From assembly GCF_009914755.1 (NCBI RefSeq), contig NC_060927.1: DNA of 64,000 nt. One strand, given 5' to 3'. This DNA comes from the human T2T-CHM13v2.0 reference genome, Homo sapiens. Positions 61,021-64,000 of the stretch are shown in pieces. The notes beneath the pieces are model-generated. The model worked only from the letters and a program-made list of their open reading frames with translations, was not told where the DNA came from and ran no database searches. Every line of letters starts with the position of its first letter. Within the stretch, counting starts at the first letter, position 1. A program made the position numbers and the translations under genes.

Positions 61021-63864
61021 AAGAATAGACAAATCTCTTGTGTAGAAGAATTTCAAATAATTTGTATAGACCTTCTGTCCTCAAAAGGGAGGAGCGTAAC
61101 TCCCTAAGTTTGGGGTGCACAAAATGACTTCTTTCCAAAGAGAACAATAGGGAAAAGGGGAAAAAGAGTGATTTAACAGAGGAGCCACCTATAAATAATA
61201 CCTCAGCCAAGTGATCAAAATTAGCATGATATGGTGTGATAACAATGGCATTTTGCCATGTGGTCTAACTCCCCCCAAACCCATATCCCAGGCTAATCAT
61301 GAGAAAAACATGAGAAACCTCCACTGAAGAATACTCAATAAAACTGATCAGTATTCCTCAAGACTGTCAAGGTCACCCAAAACAAGGTGAGTCTGAGAAA
61401 CTGTTACCATCTAGAGGAGCCTAAGGTGACATGATGACTAAATGTAATGAGGTCCCCTGGATGGGATCCTGGAAAAGAAGAAAGACATTAGATGAAAACT
61501 AAGGAAATCTGGGTAAAGTATAGACTTCAGTTAATAACATAACAATATTGCCTTACTAGTGGTAATGTACAATGCTATAAAATGTTAACAATAGGAGAAA
61601 CCAGGTATGGAGTCTATGACAACCCTCTACACTACCCTCACACTTATCTGTAAATCTAGAGCCATTATAAAATAAAACATTAATTTAAAAAACTTGTTTA
61701 AGTCCAGAGCTCAACAAGCTTCAGATATGGCTGGAGCCGGGATCCCAAATGATGTGAACCTGAATCCATCTCTCTGTATTTCAATGGTGTTGGTTTAGCT
61801 TTTAGGTAAGCTCCCTTCACTTACTGGAACCCCAGCCACCCTAGACTTATATTATGCTAGTGGAAGAGAAGTTCATTTCCTAATAGTTTTAACCACAGCC
61901 TCAAACTTGGGTCATGTGTCCATTCCGGAAGCAATCAGTGTGGCCAGTGGTATGTGGGACTCTGATTGGCCAGATCTCCATCACATGCCCACCTTTGGAG
62001 CTAGGGTGCAGTGTGCCCCACCCCAACCAGAGAGCTGAGAGTGAAGAAGTGTTGTGACTTGAACAAAGGGAAATGGATGCTATTCAGGAAAAGCAACAGA
62101 TGTCAACTACAAAACACATCCTTCAAGTGAACTCAAATAATTGGGTGATGTGGTTGGGGTGAGAATTCATGTTAACTGTGAAGATAGACATGGGAAACCC
62201 AGGGAAATGCAGACAATAGGAACTCTGGGAAGTAAGGATCTTATAAGAGTGGAAACAGCTGTCCATTGTCCATTCAGGACCCAAGGGAGCTCTAGGGACC
62301 TGGGCAATGGGGGTGTGGATATTCTTTCTGCTATTCTGCTTCTAAGGGGACACAGCTTCTTCCCCCACCACCCACCATCCATTTTCCGGGCTTCTGTGAA
62401 TTTTCTAGTTCCTATCCAAGATGGAAGCAGCCCCTTGACTAAAGGGCCACCTGGGTGGTCTCTGGCCAACCTGTAAATGGGCCAGCCTTGGGTCAGTGGT
62501 CACCTCTGCTCCAGCCAGTGGCCCCAGGGACTGGTGCTGCTTACCTGAGCTGAAGCTGTGGACTGGGTACTTTCACCATGAGGAGGAAGTTGAGGCAGGA
62601 CACATGCCATCACTGAAAAATCCTCAATATCGCTTCAAATTTTTGTTGGGAAATTTATTTTCTGCATGTCCTCATTTGCACAAGCTTGGGGAACATCCAA
62701 TTCATCTAATCATTTTATTCTAAAGATAATGCTATTTGGTATACACATTTTTTCCTTTATTACCTTGGCACAAAAGTGCTGCCTTTAGCTTCTTGCTGCT
62801 TTCTGAAGGTTCTCTCACTCAGTTTTAGGCTCCATACTTTAACCAGAGCTTGCATAAAGTAGAGCACAAAAGCCTTTTGTGAAGCACTGTCACCAACATG
62901 TCAGCCTGGAGTCAAACTGGCTCCAGGGAGAAAGATGGAAACAGAGTAGTTCCATCAATGAGCTCCAGGAGCATACATTCAAACTTCTCATTATTAATCT
63001 CTGTAAAATATTTCTTCAAGAAGTTGTGCATCACAAAATGCAATATAACATTCATATCAAGTGATACAGAGATAGCTTTAAGCAAGACTTGTTGTACTCT
63101 GTATAATGAATAATGCAATAAAAATACATATTCATTTCCAGATCACAAATCATAGCAATTTAAGCCATCTTCTGCCTTGCAGTAGTATTTTGAGGGGAAA
63201 ATGTGTGTGTGGGCCCCCTCTGCCTTGCTCAGAGGCTCATTCTTCTCCGGGAGGAAGCCTCTCTGCATGCTGTGTTGCACAGAGCTCGTTTATTTCCAGG
63301 GCTCTCTTATCAGGGCTCTGGGGGTGGTGGTGAGGCCATCATTTGAAACACAACCAAGGAAGCACTGCTGTGCTCATGGCACAGTAGGAAATCCGTCTAT
63401 TTTTAAAATATGAGTTTGTCCAAGTTCTCTTGAAACATGTTACCCTGAATACATCATTTCAGCCCTGAGCGGAACAGATGGAAAAAGTCAAAGTTGTTTC
63501 ACTTTTTAAAGTGAGAAAGCTCATTTTTTGGGTCTTGAAATACTGTTTAAGTGACTTGATGGTGGGTATCAAATAAGAAGATTTCCTGGGTCACCCCAGG
63601 GTTGGGGGGCAGTGAGGAACCCTGAATCTTTTTCTGTTTACCAGGGGAGAAAGTACATGCCAGTGGCCTCTGTCTGTGACTATTATGCCTTATGGCCAGA
63701 CTTTAGAGGACTCAGATAATCTTTGAGTCTTCATTGGTGTTACCATTAGAAGTGTTCAAAGGATGTCTTCCTCATCCCCATGGTTCCCATTCACCTGGTA
63801 TTTCAGGCTCTGTTCTTTTTTTCTTCTCAGATTTGGGAGAAACTCTGCTAAGGATGTGACACGT

Positions 63865-64000
63865 GTTTGCTCAGTTCCTTCTTCCTGGGCTTCAGTACAG
63901 GATCTGGTATATAGTTGGTGCTCAATAAATGTCTGTTAAACTGGCAAGTGAAATGAACAGCCCTATGAGGTTAGTATTATTACTTTGGTTTACAGAGGAG
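63865..64000. mobile_element. L2 3' end followed by a MIR fragment
   Basis: TAGTTGGTGCTCAATAAATGTCTGTT, then CAGCCCTATGAGGTTAGTATTATT...TTTACAGAGGAG. Confidence 0.65.

Larger units (their letters stand above)
59725..61690 (+). mobile_element. L1MC3-like 3'UTR hosting L1PA6 and AluJ
   Basis: GATCTTGGTTTCCAATACCATTCT...GAGAAATGGCTGATTC and CTAAATGTAATGAGGTCCCCTGGATGGGATCCTGGAA. Confidence 0.75.
59590..62111 (-). mobile_element. Old MLT1 (K/L-like) LTR split by L1MC3
   Basis: Left part ...ATTGGCTCACGTAATTAGAAAATCC (to ~59718). Right part GCTTCAGATATGGCTGGA...CTCTGATTGGCCAG...CAACAGATGTCAACTACA (61700-62111). Confidence 0.6.

Noticed and set aside
62469-62612. Possible minus-strand exon (donor CAG|GTAAGC at 62545) and a short intron
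   Set aside because: The acceptors are weak, and isolated splice-like motifs are expected by chance without transcript data.

Overview
This window is human non-coding DNA (intergenic or deep intronic), dominated by transposable elements. A human-specific AluYb-type element fixes the species. I find no supportable cellular protein-coding gene, RNA gene or CRISPR array. The long ORFs are broken pieces of LINE-1 ORF1, ORF2 or ORF0; the rest are chance ORFs in repeats or unique DNA. The main structure is two ~L1PA4/5 elements arranged head-to-head about 34 kb apart: one on the minus strand at 1-5243, running off the window, and one full length on the plus strand at 39467-45919, with a TSD and a nested AluYb9. 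Around them lie 5'-truncated L1PA3 and L1PA6 copies with TSDs, old L1M, L2, MIR and MaLR relics, an LTR1-family solo LTR, DNA-transposon MITEs (MER85, MER33, MER5, MER91, MER63) and compound microsatellites. I cannot support a new gene-encoded biological system here. The best leads are: (i) the inverted L1 pair shares ~11 mostly AT-to-GC non-consensus variants, suggesting ectopic GC-biased gene conversion and an inversion substrate; (ii) a repeat-free, CpG-retaining, HOX/MEIS/SOX-motif-rich block at ~49.1-50.7 kb looks like a conserved developmental enhancer; (iii) smaller signals include a CArG+MEF2 module, a short L1 3' transduction, a template-switch hairpin and a MER85 PGBD3 site. Subfamily calls come from recalled consensus sequences, and boundaries of old repeats are approximate.
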